Shown one piece after another: positions 39,125 to 53,036 of a stretch of 64,000 bases of DNA (the first letter of the stretch is position 1; each line of letters opens with the position of its first letter). Where the stretch lies: the NCBI GenBank assembly GCA_965235115.1, contig OZ249436.1, positions 39,496,001 through 39,560,000 of the forward strand, written 5' to 3'. The notes below the pieces were generated by a model. It ran no database searches. It had not been told where the DNA came from and saw only the letters and a program-made list of their open reading frames with translations. Source of the DNA: Laetmonice hystrix (taxonomy: Eukaryota). Both the position numbers and the translations under genes were made by a program.

Positions 39125-42100
39125 CTTGGAGACAGAAAGAGCGAGTCTACTGAAGGCCCTCGTCGTTTCTGAGCCCAGAAAGAAGTGATCCGCAATATAT
39201 CCCGACAAGTGGCTGATGACCCGTGCTACCACCACACGGCCAAGATGTGCCTGGGATCATGTGGACGGTGGTATGAGCTTCTGTCTTGAAGGAGGGCATC
39301 CTGGTTCACGCTGAGGATCACGGAAACAGTTGCGGTCCCGACTTGAGGACGACCTTGTCGATACACTTGGAGTGTGATGTCAGCGTGGGGCCACGCTAAT
39401 ACCTCCGGTCAGATTTTTATTACACACTGTGGGAATCAGCTGCTATTGTTGACGATCGTGGTGGTGGCCAGCCTACATCCTACATTCCCCCTTCTGTCTC
39501 CAGCTAGACTAGAGAGACAGCCGTATCCTGCACCACTCCTATAACAACACGTGCCCACCAACCACCACCGTAGAGTGAGAGAGGTCCGCCCTCAGCTGGT
39601 GCCTTCCCAGCAGAGTTCCTGTCTGCTGACAGCGACAACAGATTACCTCCTGCGCTGTTCTGAGGTGTGTCTCCAGGAGCCTGTGGCTGAAACCTGTCCG
39701 GAGACCGAGGCCTGTCACTGTGTCCCTGTCGAATGTGCGAGGCCCCAGATTCCACCTCCTACCCGTGTCTGCCAAGGCGCCGCCGCGGCAGGGTTGCTGG
39801 CGGTGGTGGTGGCGGCGGCGGCAATTGGGTGGTGCTGAGCACCACGACGCCGCCGTTTGCTGCTTGGCTGGCTTCTTCAGCCGATGTCAGTCTGGTTGTG
39901 CCTTGGTGCAGTACCCCCGCGCCGGTACGGCACCCTTTGCTAGTGGCACGGCACCCCAAGTTGTCTGACAGCAACTGCTACCTGGCTGTGTCAGCATCCC
40001 CACCATCCATGCCATTGATCCATAAAATATGGACAGCCGGACTTTTTTCCCCCAGAATAAACGCTTCCTCCTACCACATGATCTTAAACGTACATCTGCA
40101 AGGAGTTTGGCAAAAACTGAATATTTGAAATCATTGAAAGAGAAGCTTTAAATCGGTCATGCAGACTGCATCAAAGAACGCTGCACGATTTTGTCCAGCT
40201 TGTAAAGGGAGAAATCCAAGGCAAAATGAAACCGATCGCGTTGTACACCTGGAACGAATATCCCCTAACAAATCCAGCCACTTCCACGAGGAAGAACTAC
40301 ATGGGAGGGTGAATGCGGGCAACTTTCAAGTCAGTCTTCAATAGCCACCTCGAACAGCAAACGGGATTTGTAAGTAGATGCTCCAGCCGGTCGCACACCC
40401 GCCCACCCTGCTGTGAGGACGAGTGGTCCAATTCTTCCGGCCCACAGTCGGAGGATTTAGCAAGCCAAGAGGCATTAGCCTTGAGCCATTGACCACCGCT
40501 ACCTGAAAGCTTCACTGATCTTCAGCAGTGACCTTGGGGCAAAAGGAAATGGGGAGTAATTCAACCAACTTCTCCCTTATATGAGCTTCCAGGAATATCT
40601 TCCTGAGCACTCTACTCCTGTAAGCTGCCTCAAATGCATTGCTCTAAGGGTCAGTGTTCTGGCGCCCTTGATAATTTACATGAACGAGTCCCTGGGAAGT
40701 CGGTAATTAGGCAGGAACTGAGCGGAATATGGCAGCTGTGAGCCGACAACCTCCCTCCCCGCCTCACGCCACAAGATCCACTCATCTTTCAATGTTACAG
40801 TATGCTCGTGGCAGATACCAATCAGACAAAGTCCAGCTTTGCTCCTGCTGACAGGCGAGAAAACATCTTATGACGCAGGGGCCCATTGCCTTCTACGGGT
40901 ACCTCAGCCATTACAATGTCTGTCTAGGATGGCCCTCTACACATTTATGTCTTTTCCGCTTTGCCCTTGAGCATACAAACTCTGTGGCAAAGGCGCAGGC
41001 TGTATCAGAACTGCCCATTCCGCACTCTCTTGCCTCTACCCGCGTTTGCTGCCTCTAAGAAAGTGGCTCAATTTAAAAAAAAAGAAACAGGCACACCTTA
41101 CTGCACCTACAGTGACAGCTTCCCATAAATAGCTCAAGGTTTTCTCTTTTTTTAATGATCGGAAACCTTTTGGTTGTGCTGTACATTACCATGGCTATAT
41201 CTAGCGGACAAACGTTGTATCGCCGCCTACCTGAATGGGATTTAACCTACAGCACAACGTGCACGCGCTACGTGTGGGGGTGTATGTCAACGGGCCTGAT
41301 CCTTGCCTCAAGCTACTGACAAAGAAGGTGTCAACTTAAACGTGTACTTTGTTAGCGCAAATGGAAGTGTACTTCCATGTACGGTAAATATTTTCACAGG
41401 CCCTGCAGACAGGCCTTCCTTTCCGAGAATTAATATCACAAACAAGTATTACGCCGTATTTTTCTATTATTACCAAGTGTTTTCACGCTCGCCAAAGTAC
41501 AGTTCCATTTGTTCAGCAACCTATAGTGAAATAGATATTTGTGAATAACTTGTGACATGATCTCATGTTCTGTATATAAATCCAGCAGTATGGGTGACAC
41601 TGAAGAGTTTCCTTGACGTCTTCCTGCCATTTATATCTGTTATGAACAGAAAAACTCGGTAGCATGAACTTCTACAATGTCCTTCTAGGAAACAAACATG
41701 GAAGGCTTTGGTCTTCTGTCTCACTACAAGGGTCTTGCCATCGTGGCGGTGTATCATATTACAATACTACTGTATAATAAGGTCCTACATCCTTGATTAA
41801 ATCCTCACTCCATTGGTAACTTGACACAGAGATATAAGTATAAGGCTGCTCAATAGCAGAGCGATAGACGTCTCTATATCTGTCTGTTAAGGTGGGGAGG
41901 TATACTAGCTTTAGTTGTAAATTGGTATCAAGTGTTCCCCCCTGTATACTTTCAGTATAATGCTAATTACCACTTAGCCCTGTAGATTTAGCTCAAAGCC
42001 TTTTGTGGCAATTGGCTGAAAACTATGGAAAGGTCACAAGAATTTAATATCTCCGTCTTCCTGATAAGAAACGGATAGTTTGTTAAGGTCTGACCGAAAA

Positions 42101-42856
42101 TAGGGAGTGACATTAAACTTGTCGATCTGTTTTAAAAGTAGTACCTGAACAAAGACTCATATATTACCTTTAAAACAAATCTTCTTTTCATGATGACCGA
42201 AAAATTGCAATCTTTAAACTTGGTATATTACCGTAATTCAATTTCAAGAATCTGCTAGAGTTCCCTAAGTAATCATTTTCTATTATTCTTGCTTGTCGGG
42301 GACTTATACAAAATTCACCTACATTTCTTGTGAAAGCTGCGTGAGGCTTTGGGTTGATACACGCTATGGACTGGGTGTTTAACACTTGCCCGGTGGTCAC
42401 CCCACCCAAGTAAATTGTCACAATATTCAGGGCTAATGCCCTCAACCCAGCTATTATCGATTTTGTTCCTCTTCTACATCTACAACTAATGCCCCCCATC
42501 ATTCCCTCCTCCTTCACTTAATCCCGGGTGGCAGTGACACCCTGATTAGCTTGCCCCCTACGGATGCGGCTTTCCCCTGCGACGACTGCCCATGCTCCAT
42601 TCCAGGAAAACTGATTAAAGCGCTGTGCGTTCCAGCTTGGCTATCATCATGGCAATACCCATTCAATTAAACTACCTCCACCTTAGCAGCCCTGTCATCC
42701 TCCCTTTGAAATCGTATCCATGATTTACTTTCTGTCCATAACAACCCCATATGCCATGAAATGTATTTTTCAGTCTTCCGTTTTCGTCTCATGTAACACA
42801 GAGGTCGTGACCTGAGTTGTACTTCCGTTGGAACCTGCTGACGGACTTTTGCGTTC

Positions 42857-43197
42857 GTTCGGTGTCCACTGCAAACGACCTCCGCTAGTCCGGTGTCCAC
42901 TGCAAACGACCTCCGCTAGTCCGGTGTCCACTGCAAACGACCTCCGCTAGTTCGGTGTGCACTGCAAACGAACTCTGCTAGTTCGGTGTCCACTGCAAAC
43001 GACCTCCGCTAGTTCGGTGTCCTCTGCAAACGACCTCCGCTAGTTCAGTGTCCACTGCAAACGACCTCTGCTAGTTCGGTGTCCACTGCAAACGACCTCC
43101 GCTAGTTCGGTGTCCACTGCAAACGACCTCCGCTAGTTCGGTGTCCACTGCAAACGACCTCCGCTAGTTCGGTGTCCTCTGCAAGCGACCTCGGCTA
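42857..43197. repeat. 31-bp minisatellite, ~11 copies
   Basis: Unit gttcggtgtccactgcaaacgacctccgcta, head to tail with no spacers. Confidence 0.97.
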
Positions 43198-46100
43198 GGT
43201 CAGACCGTGGCTGACTAGAAAAACGCATTCCCAAATCTATTTTCATGCCGGCGCTGCTTGCCTCCATCCCGCCAGTGTTGTGTTGTCTCCTCCAGGGATT
43301 TGATAGGGACTCCTCCAGTATCGGGAGTTATTTATCAGTATGTGACGGGAGGCGCTGTCACGGAGGCCACGACATGACGTGGGCGGTGTGGCAGGGCTCA
43401 CAAGGTTCACATTGGGCCGACTCTCTTGTTTCAAACTATTTATTCCTGGTTAACTTATATACCAACGAGTTGTATAGACCAATGCATTGTTGATGACAAG
43501 AAAGGTCACCGCCATAGAAAAATTCGTGCCCAATAAAATGGAAATCAGAAAAACTACAGTACCGAACCATGTTATAACTCACAGACTCTACTACCATAAT
43601 CCATTTGCAAGATCATGGTTAAAGTGTCTTGACTGGCCAAGGTTTAATTGAGGCCTGACAGCAGTATCTACTTACAGAAGGTGAAAACAAAAAATGAGGT
43701 CTTAGAAAGAACTATATTGTAAGTAATAATATTTATTTATTATATCCGTGGATTTAATATCTGCAAATATTTTAAAATCAACGTTCACGATTAGTGTACT
43801 AATTTCATTTACTTTCTCAAATATTTTTCATCGGGTTAGCAGACAATTTATTTTAGTAAATAAACCTAACAAAATATGGTGCAACAAAGTGACAAAAATA
43901 AATCGATCTAAGGACAATTGCAATGTTATGTCACATTATACAGCAGAAAAAAAACAGCCAAACATCTCCACATAAATCTAGTAAAGATATGCTTACCCGC
44001 AATCAATTACAAACCTGCAGAGAGGGGGAAATGTTAACGCATGGAACATCAGAGGCAGGATGGACTATACAATATATGTTCTGGATAATTTCAGTTTGAT
44101 ACACTGTACTTAGTCTTTGTGCTTCGGTACTCTTGCAGGTGCCTCTGGGTGTGTCTCTGGATCGCCACACAGGCCATACTGCATATATTACATTAAAATA
44201 ATCTTCACTGTCAATCATATTAGCAGCTGATCGGCCTAGGGGTACACTAACCTTGCCCTGATAAAGCGCCGACATGCCAGGTGTCTAGCAAACATGACAG
44301 CTGTCAACCAAATGTACTATTTGGCACTGCAACGTACAAATAACATGGTTAAGTGCTTGCCTCATGACACAGCCAATCCAGTGTGTGGCCAGCTTCCCAC
44401 AGTTAGCTGGACAAAAGCCATATGTGTAGAGACACTCCAAAAAGGAAGAGTACCCCGAGCTGTCAATCCTCTGGTTGTACGATGCTATATATGGTTTTGA
44501 ATTATGACCTTCTAAAATTACAGCATACAATAAACGCGGTAAATTGTTAAAATCAGAATTTTTTTTATGTGACATTACAAATAGACAAATAAAACGTTTG
44601 ATAAAAAAGACAGCTGTCAAACTGGCCAGCAAAGGGTACATTACATTAATTGAACGCGTGTACACGATCTGAGTAGCCCATCCCAAGGAAAATATTCTTT
44701 AACATTTCACCAAGTGTTATTAGTTTAAATACTTCATCTGAGAACATTACATTAATGATACATTGAACACTAGAAATATGTGACGTCCTATGAAGGCAAC
44801 TGCTTCAAGCTGGAGTCTACAAAGAATTAGCTGTGCACATTCTATCGACAAGAGTACTCTCTCACAAAGACACCAATGATGGTTTCACGCCTTACGTCCA
44901 AGTTCTGGAAGGAAGGACAAAAATGACGCAAATAACTGTCATTGTATAAAGTGGGACGCAGCTGTCCTAATGAAGTCCACCGAACGGTAGGTGGTTGAGG
45001 TGGAGAACAACACTGCTTACGGTAATCACTCCCCCTGATGGACTCATTATCTCTCCTGATTAAAATCTATTGTTACACTTCTTAACTAGCCTGTCTGCGG
45101 AGACACGTTCGGCCGACAAGTCTTAGCAATCAACTACCTCTAACAACGAAGGCTGTTACGTTAAATAATATTATAAGTATTATATTATATTATGAAAATG
45201 GAGTTATCTCCTTGGAGGCGTTGTCCTGAGTATATACCACAGGAAAAATTACGATACTACAGAGCTATTATTTTCAGCCTACTATGTTCTATTCATGATA
45301 TCCTGTACTATGTCTACGCAGCCGTTTGACCATTTAATTGGAATATGTAAAATTATTACGACATTCGGTTTCTATGCATAGATCTGCCACACTGCAATGT
45401 TGTGTCCATAGGCCACAAAAGCTATTTTTACTATAAAATGTTTGATTACAACTCTGGGTATGGCTGATATACCAGTCAATGCAAAAATAAATCTCTTGGC
45501 TAACATTCATGATATGACACATCAGTGGGCGGATAACCATGAAAAAAGAAAGGTGGTTACTCATTTAATTTTTATTGTGAATATCCACTGATAATGACGG
45601 GCAAAAAAGGCGTACATAATAAATTCTTTGATCATTAGTAGTTTTTTATCTGTTCATGGACCTGTCCGTATGGATGAAACGTTATCATATACTCTATCAG
45701 ACTGCAGGATTGTTTTTAAACCAAAAGAAAAGCATGAAAAAAACATTTACACAAATATTATTCGTTCCTAGTATCGTTCCATCCTCAACAACTAGGCTCA
45801 TGTTCACCATTCTGCAGGGTCGAGACAGGTCATGATGCTGACAATCTTCAAGATAAGAGAACGTTATCTAACCATACCGCGTGAATCCCAATGACCCCTT
45901 CATCTCCTGACACTTCATGTACTACTACCAACATTTACTAACATTTACTGTCACAGTTTCCAGTCAGACCGATTATTGGCTAGATGCAATACACTCGCCT
46001 GCTGAGACGTTTTTTTTTAACAGATTCATTTTAGTGACATGGAAGGAAGCATTAATTTTCTAAGCACGAAACCAGGTTGGGGTGTTTGGCATGACAATGT

Positions 46101-47629
46101 CCATGAGACTCCCTAATCACTGGCAGCATAATGACATTGACTGGTATCTACACAGACGTGTTTTAATCTCTCAATCCGCCTCTGGTTTTTGTCCAGTGGA
46201 AACAATCTCTTTTTGATGGGCTATTATTTTATCTCAGCCCGAGCCATTATGATATCATCAATGTTAGATTTGGTATGGAAACTGCTCATTAGACTGCGCT
46301 ATTGGGGCGATTCAGGCCGATACCAAGTCGGTACATATACAAATTACCATACGTGATTTTTAGTTTCATAGCCAATTAACATTTTAAAAAGGTAATTTGT
46401 AATCATCTATCATAGCAGATGCCATCTACAGTTTGAACGTGACATCCAAAAACTCTCAGCCGTCAAACCCACTCATCCTCTCCATCGATCTCAAAACGTT
46501 ATTTGCGATGCACCATGTAGTCCGGCTGAACTCAATGAATTCACTCCATAGCATTGACGTCACAATCAGCTGTAAACCTTGAGGTCGATATTTCACCAAC
46601 AGGTGATGTCCATAACACACTGGTTCACATAGCAGCCTCACGTATCTTTCATCATATATTTAATGTAAGGCAAAAAACCGAGTGGCTCAGCTCTATTCGT
46701 AACATGCCAAATGTATACCTTCGCAAGTGCCCAACACCCCCACCCCCACTAACTGACCCTCGAACCCCTGTCGGGTCCATAGCAATCTAACCTCCTTACA
46801 AAAAAATATGGGTGGAAATGTTTTTGTTGTTTAACACTTCCCCACTGGAAGCGAATACCCTGTGTGCAGCCACAACCAGGATACATCGGTGATTATACTG
46901 AACAGGCATCATTGATACAAGACAAATAACAGTCCTTCCTCCAGGGATGACCTTCTGACCCCTCTGGGAGCGCAAAACTAGGTCAGGACATTGGATCTGC
47001 TCTGTGTGCTCCCATATAACATGAACCCCTAACTCGGCTTGGTGCGAGGTCCTGTGATACCCAGCACTGTTCACTTATTGCTTGAATAATTCATTGATTT
47101 CTTTATCTCCTCATTCATGTCTTCATACATTTATCCATGCATCGGACCAACGTGCCATGGGGACAGCATCATCTGATCTCCCATTTCAAATAATAATAAT
47201 AAAAAACTACCCCTGTCTTCAAAAAATGATTTTTTTACCAGAAATGTTTCCCTCCCTCTCCCCTAAAACTGTACCCTTAGGATATCCTGCTCAGTCACTT
47301 AATTAAACCGCCAACTGGAGTTAACGTGGAGTAAGCCTCCCAATACGTCACCATGCATGGCCAGACTGACTCATGTATTATTTACGTGATCACAAACCTA
47401 CTTGATGGGGAGGAGATTGGATCCACCCGCTACTGAACAAAGATTTGGGGTAATATCATAGACCTGAAGTATTCTAAGAAAGATATTTATTCGATGTCCC
47501 TGAAGATTCTTTCTATATCAGTTTTGATCCCCCATCCTACCGATTACAAATAATCAGATATCGTATTTACAGCTAAAACATTGAGATGATAATTTTATTA
47601 GCCTGAGGTATTGGAAATATTAATTTAAA

Positions 47630-48423
47630 CATGGTTCCCACGCTATCAGCTTTCCAAAATTCCGGATTTTTCCCGGACTTTCCCTGCATCTTTATGATTT
47701 TTTCCAGGACCATGTTCAGGTCTCCTTGCATTTTTTTCTTAGCATGGAATATCGACGATGCAGGCCCGTAGCCGGGGTGGGGGTGGGTGGGATACCCCAC
47801 CCCGCCCCCCACGCAGTGGCAGGTCCGGATTTTTTCTCTCTTTTTTTTTGGGGGGGGGGGGGGGGGGCTGTGTGTTTTAATATAAAACCAGCACCCCAAT
47901 GTTACATACCATAGACAGAAAAATCATGTAGAACTTTTACTAAAAACTTTATTTATACAAGGAGTCAAGGCCGAAAAATCTATTCAACCTCAGGCCCAGC
48001 TCTAATACTTCACAGAATACTTCAGATTTCTTCCCCCCCCCCCAATCCAGACCCCCCCCCCCCCCAGCAGACTGACTTTTTTAACTAATTGTTAATGAAA
48101 AAAATGCTATTTTCAGCTAACTAAGACCTTGGAATTGACCAGCATTTCAAATGTTGGAACTTGAGACCTATGCATCAAATAACTTTTCTCTGACTGGGCA
48201 CGTAGAGGTCCACACTTTCCGAGCGCCCCCCCCCCCCCCCACACACACACACAAAATGTTCTGGCTACGGGCCTGACGATGATTAAGGAAGGGTACCCCG
48301 ACTGTGAGTCCGCCACCTAGAATTTGAGTCTATTCGTCAAATTCCCGGACTATTCCCGGCCTGGGAGGTCTCAATATAAAATCCCTGGATATCCCCTGGT
48401 TTCCCGGACCCGTGGACACCATG
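47630..48423. mobile_element. Older MITE (hAT-like ends) hosting a nested element
   Basis: Ends catggttcccacg / cgtggacaccatg, with repeated ttccc(g)gac subterminal motifs on both sides. Confidence 0.6.
47761..48275. mobile_element. Nested MITE
   Basis: TIR caggcccgtagcc / ggctacgggcctg; direct repeat acgatg on both sides (47755-47760, 48276-48281). Confidence 0.8.
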
Positions 48424-49248
48424 TGTAAAGTGAAAGGGACAACTACCTGCACAGTCTGAACTTATACCTTGAAAACTTTGATCTTTCTGGACATTTACCG
48501 GGTAACCCTTTACGTGTCTCTGGTAAATTAATCACTTTGTGTATTTGCCTGGCGGGGCGGGGGGGGGGGGCTGGTAGTAGTCCCTCACCATCTCGTATCC
48601 AGCCGTCCCTGTACACCGTGTCACCCAGTACTAAGTGTCCACGTACACCGGTATTATGATACACGTTTGGGGGCAGCACGGTGATTCCGAGAAGCAACCA
48701 TGACTAAGCAAGAACGTTTGTTGCCTGAGGAAAACAAGTTCTATGAGGACATCATACATCTCCCCCCCTCCTCCTCCACAGCCACCGCCCATCGTGTCCC
48801 ACGCTCTCTCCTCCATCATGGTAGCATTGTTATATAGCCTATTATAGGCGTAGTCTGCTGGCACTAAGCTGAAGTTCCTGCCATATTCTTGACTCTTGCC
48901 TGGTACAGGCCATAAACCATGATGCTCATGTTGATATTAATGGCTTCCCTTGCTAGTCAATGTGTTTTATTTCATGCTGGCTGTCATAATTCAAATTATC
49001 TATTTATGTTCAGAGGTATCGGAGAGCATTTCAGATGTTTGAGAACCCGGCCCTGCGGGGGCCGTTATTGTCAGTTTGCATCCACTGTATCTTCCTATTA
49101 TTATAACTATCCATTAGTATCTATTTAAGCGGCACTGGAGGATTATAGATGTCTGTTCTCTCTGTGTTCCAATCGTTCCCATTTACGGCCTACAAACACA
49201 GGGTGGGAGGAGATGCTGTGTCAGAATACGCTATCCTATCAAAGTGGG

Positions 49249-49843
49249 TATACAGACATAACATGACACAGCGCGTACGTGCTCCCCATGGCTCGCATAC
49301 ATGGCATCCTTGGCACCATGTACGCCCCTAGGTTATACAGACATAACATGACACAGCGCGTACGTGCTCCCCATGGCTCGCATACATGGCACCCTTGGCA
49401 CCATGTACGCCCCTAGGTTATACAGACATAACATGACACAGCGCGTACGTGCTCCCCATGGCTCCCACACATGGCACCCTTGGCACCATGTACGCCCCTT
49501 GGTTATACAGACATAACATGACACAGCGCGTACGTGCTCCCCATGGCTCGCATACATGGCACCCTTGGCACCATGTACGCCCCTAGGTTATACAGACATA
49601 ACATGACACAGCGCGTACGTGCTCCCCATGGCTCGCCTACATGGCACCCTTGGCACCATGTAGGCCCCTTGGTTATACAGACATAACATGACACAGCGCG
49701 TACGTGCTCCCCATGGCTCGCATACATGGCACCCTTGGCACCATGTACGCCCCTTGGTTATACAGACATAACATGACACAGCGCGTACGTGCTCCCCATG
49801 GCTCGCAATCATGGCACCCTTGGCACCATGTACGCCCCTTGGT
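49249..49843. repeat. 85-bp tandem repeat, 7 copies
   Basis: Unit tatacagacataacatgacacagcgcgtacgtgctccccatggctc...gcccctaggt, near-identical copies. Confidence 0.97.
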
Positions 49844-50027
49844 TCCGTTGGTTCTGCACGTTTCCTTTTCCCAAGCGTATTGTTGGTATAGTTATGAACC
49901 GATTTATTTGCTCCTAATTAATCTCTAACCAATAATGCTGGCTTTTTCTCCTCTTCTCTTTTTGATGACAGCTGACAACCAATTTAAATACCGGTAATTC
50001 CCAAAGGTTACCTTTACCTACCCCTCA

Positions 50028-51224
50028 CAAAAGTGGCACCAAAAAAATCCACAAATACTTACCTTTGAACCCCCGTGACGCAATATTAAAATTTCAGGTT
50101 CGAACCATAAGTGCATGTTTTTTTAAAAATCGAAGGGCAAACGGTAAAATATGTCTCTGCTGTCCTTACCACACACGTTATTACCGCTAGTACCCTACCC
50201 CGGTTGGCTTAATTCTGAAAATTGTGGATGTATATATCGGGTGGATAAAAAAAAACGCCCCGAACTTTAAACTTCAATATTTCAAGAAGTAATGATTGTA
50301 ATTTAATGAAATTCTTCTTAATATCAGTTCATGATGTTGTCTCTTAGTTGTTAATGTTACAACTCCATAGCTTGGATAATATTTCCGTGGGGCTAAAAAC
50401 AAAAATCATTGTACAAAAGCGCAATGCCGGGCTAAAGCGAGTGGTAGTCGCACCAGAGTCCCTGGCCTCACACTAGAGTAGGTGGTCAATCGGTCCCCCG
50501 TTTTCACTCCATACTGCTCTCAGTCTCTTTTTCCATGAGCCAATGCACTTCCTAATCTCTGATAGGGAAATATCTTCCCAACATTGGTAAATACGCAACG
50601 TTTTGAACGTGTTGCTAAACGTGATAATGATACGATTTCCCTAGAACTTCTCGTTACAGTCACGTCGTCCTAATGTTGCAGTTTCTCTGTAGGGTTTGGC
50701 ACATTAAACATCTGTTTTTCTCTAAAAGTACTAGGAATAACACATATTTTATTATATCTAGTGGTCCACAACATGATACATATTGTAAAACATGCAAAAA
50801 CTAAATATTGAATTTTTCTTTACCCAAGGTACAATGCGGTGAATCAGACAGGTGTCAAATTGGACACCTGGCAGCGGCATGATATTTGACCTAATTCCGG
50901 CATTGCATTTTTAGATACTGATTTTTGTTTTTAGCGCCACAGAATTAATATCGAAGCTATTGAGCTGAAACTTTAACATACCAGAGATAATATGATGAAG
51001 TGATATTAAGAGAAATTTTGTTGAATTATAATGCATAGTTTTTGGAATATTAAAGTTTAAAGTTCGGGGCGTTTTTTTTTATCCACCCGATATATAGGTT
51101 GAACGGTAACTCTGGGCCTAACATAACTCCACTTTTAAAATACTTTCGCTTATCGCTCGAACCTGAAATTTTAACATGGTTGGGGTTCAAAGGTAAGTAT
51201 CTGAGGAATTTTTGGTACCACTTT
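50028..51224. mobile_element. Older fold-back element split by the 50233-51094 insertion
   Basis: aaaagtgg.accaaaaa..atacttacctttgaacccc..ttaaaatttcaggttcga (50028-50112) is inverted at 51145-51224. Confidence 0.65.
50233..51094. mobile_element. Tc1/mariner-like non-autonomous element with long TIRs
   Basis: tatcgggtggataaaaaaaa.cgccccgaactttaaactt mirrored at 51053-51094; ~200-bp degenerate inverted arms; TA-dinucleotide context. Confidence 0.85.
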
Positions 51225-52743
51225 TACCTAAACAGAAATCTGAATTCACCAAGAAGGGATGTAATTATTAGGTCAGAAGGTATCCCATGGTTTCAAAGAA
51301 TATGTCAGGATAGACTGACGGACTGAAAGGCCGACCTCATATTATGTGCAGCTGAGAAAAACCAAATATTCCAGCTGGTTACAGGTCATCTGTCATGTAC
51401 ACTACGTGCTGAAAACTATAAGTACGTTTTAAAAGGACCTCTTTCAGAGATGGAGTAGGGACAAATAAGGGCACCCTTTTTTGCGAACAGTTTTCCGGTA
51501 AGAACAATGGTGATGAGGTCAAATATTTAAAGCTTAAGTCTATTCACACCGTTAAAAAGCGTTACACAATGCACCACATGATAAAAGGACGAATACAATA
51601 TCATGAAATTCTTCTCATGTCATTCTATCTGCACCCAAATTGAGCAAATGCTGCTTTACAGGTTTTGCAGCAAAATTGGTTAAAATATTGGTTAACCATA
51701 TAAACGGTCCGACTAAAACGTGAGACTTGATTGGGATATATATTTACCTGTAATGGTAACATATTATGCATAGGTTACCATACAACACCTTTATATTAAA
51801 GTGTAAAATTCTAGTGCATTGCGATTAATTTCCTCCAACGATGACCACTTTGCGCTGTTAACTCAAGTTAATTTTTTCTATTTATCATATTGACCTAGTT
51901 CTAGTCAAGGGGATTCACCTTCCATGGGGAGAAAAACTCTGACCTACTTAACTGACCTGACATCTGACCTTATCGTCTGCCCTGGTCTCTCACTCGATGG
52001 GTCTACATTATTGCATAGACCTATAATCTACGTCTATGATACTAGCAAGGGAGTTAAAACTCGTTCGTGTACGGTTTTACCTTTATCGGTTGGAACCGGC
52101 TGATTGTTTGCTAGCCTTCCTCAATAAGGTCATGCCAAGAGGTGACCAAATGGCAGGCCTGGCTACCTCAGACTTCATGCATGTATACTGATAAACTGCG
52201 TACGTGTACTTGCACTTGTACTTGCTAATCCCTACGCTATGTCCGGACTAGTTCCATACTTGTCAAAGTCCTACGGATTATTGGGTTATATACCCCTTTC
52301 TGAGTGTTGGTACTAGGATCATAGACACGACCATAATGTTTACCCTGTACGTTATTGTAATACATCATGGGTGTTCAAAACAAACCCATTGGGCGAGGGG
52401 GGGGGGGGTCCTCTCCGGGAATTAGTACGCTTTTCCTTTTTTTCTTCTTCTATGCTAAACCCTCGCTTCGCTCTATTCCATTCTTTTCCATTCAACGGCC
52501 TATGCGGAGTTCCCTTGAAAACGTAGGGGCTCCAGTACTGTGCTGCCACCTATTGGCAACCGTGGTGATGTCCGTCCTGGCTAACGTTCAGCATCATGTA
52601 CCCTCAGGTGTTTGTTGACTGAGCAGCAACCACTTCTTTATTCCAATAAAGAATTTAGTTTCCATTAGATTTAATAAACAAGCTGGCGTCTAAGGATGGA
52701 AAGATCTGTCTGTGATTACCAGAACTGTGGATATGGTCCAGTT

Positions 52744-53036
52744 CAATCTAATTAAAATTAGGTCTCAGTTATTTCGCGTGCGCTCCATACTAGGATCTAA
52801 CGGCATCGCGTATGGGGTCACCTCAGGCTGACCTTTGACCCAGATTCAAGTGCGCCGTTGAAAATGCTTACGAGCGCACACCGAAGATTTCGTAGGCGAC
52901 TCGCTGATTGGCTGAATCCAGAGGTCAACCTGAGGTGACCCCTAATGGGATGTCCTTAGATCCAGGTATGGAGCGCGGCAGCACTGAAACAGCCGAGAGA
53001 GACGCGGAATACCAAGATCTAATTTTAATTAGATTG
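52744..53036. mobile_element. Palindromic MITE with 9-bp TSD
   Basis: TIR caatctaattaaaattag / ctaattttaattagattg, internal mirror ggggtcacctcagg; TSD ggtccagtt at 52735-52743 and 53037-53045. Confidence 0.88.

Noticed and set aside
42857..43197. 31-bp repeats as a CRISPR array
   Set aside because: Units are contiguous with no unique spacers, no cas genes, and the context is a eukaryotic intron.
49149..49928. Repeated 74-aa ORFs
   Set aside because: Artefacts of translating the 85-bp tandem array.
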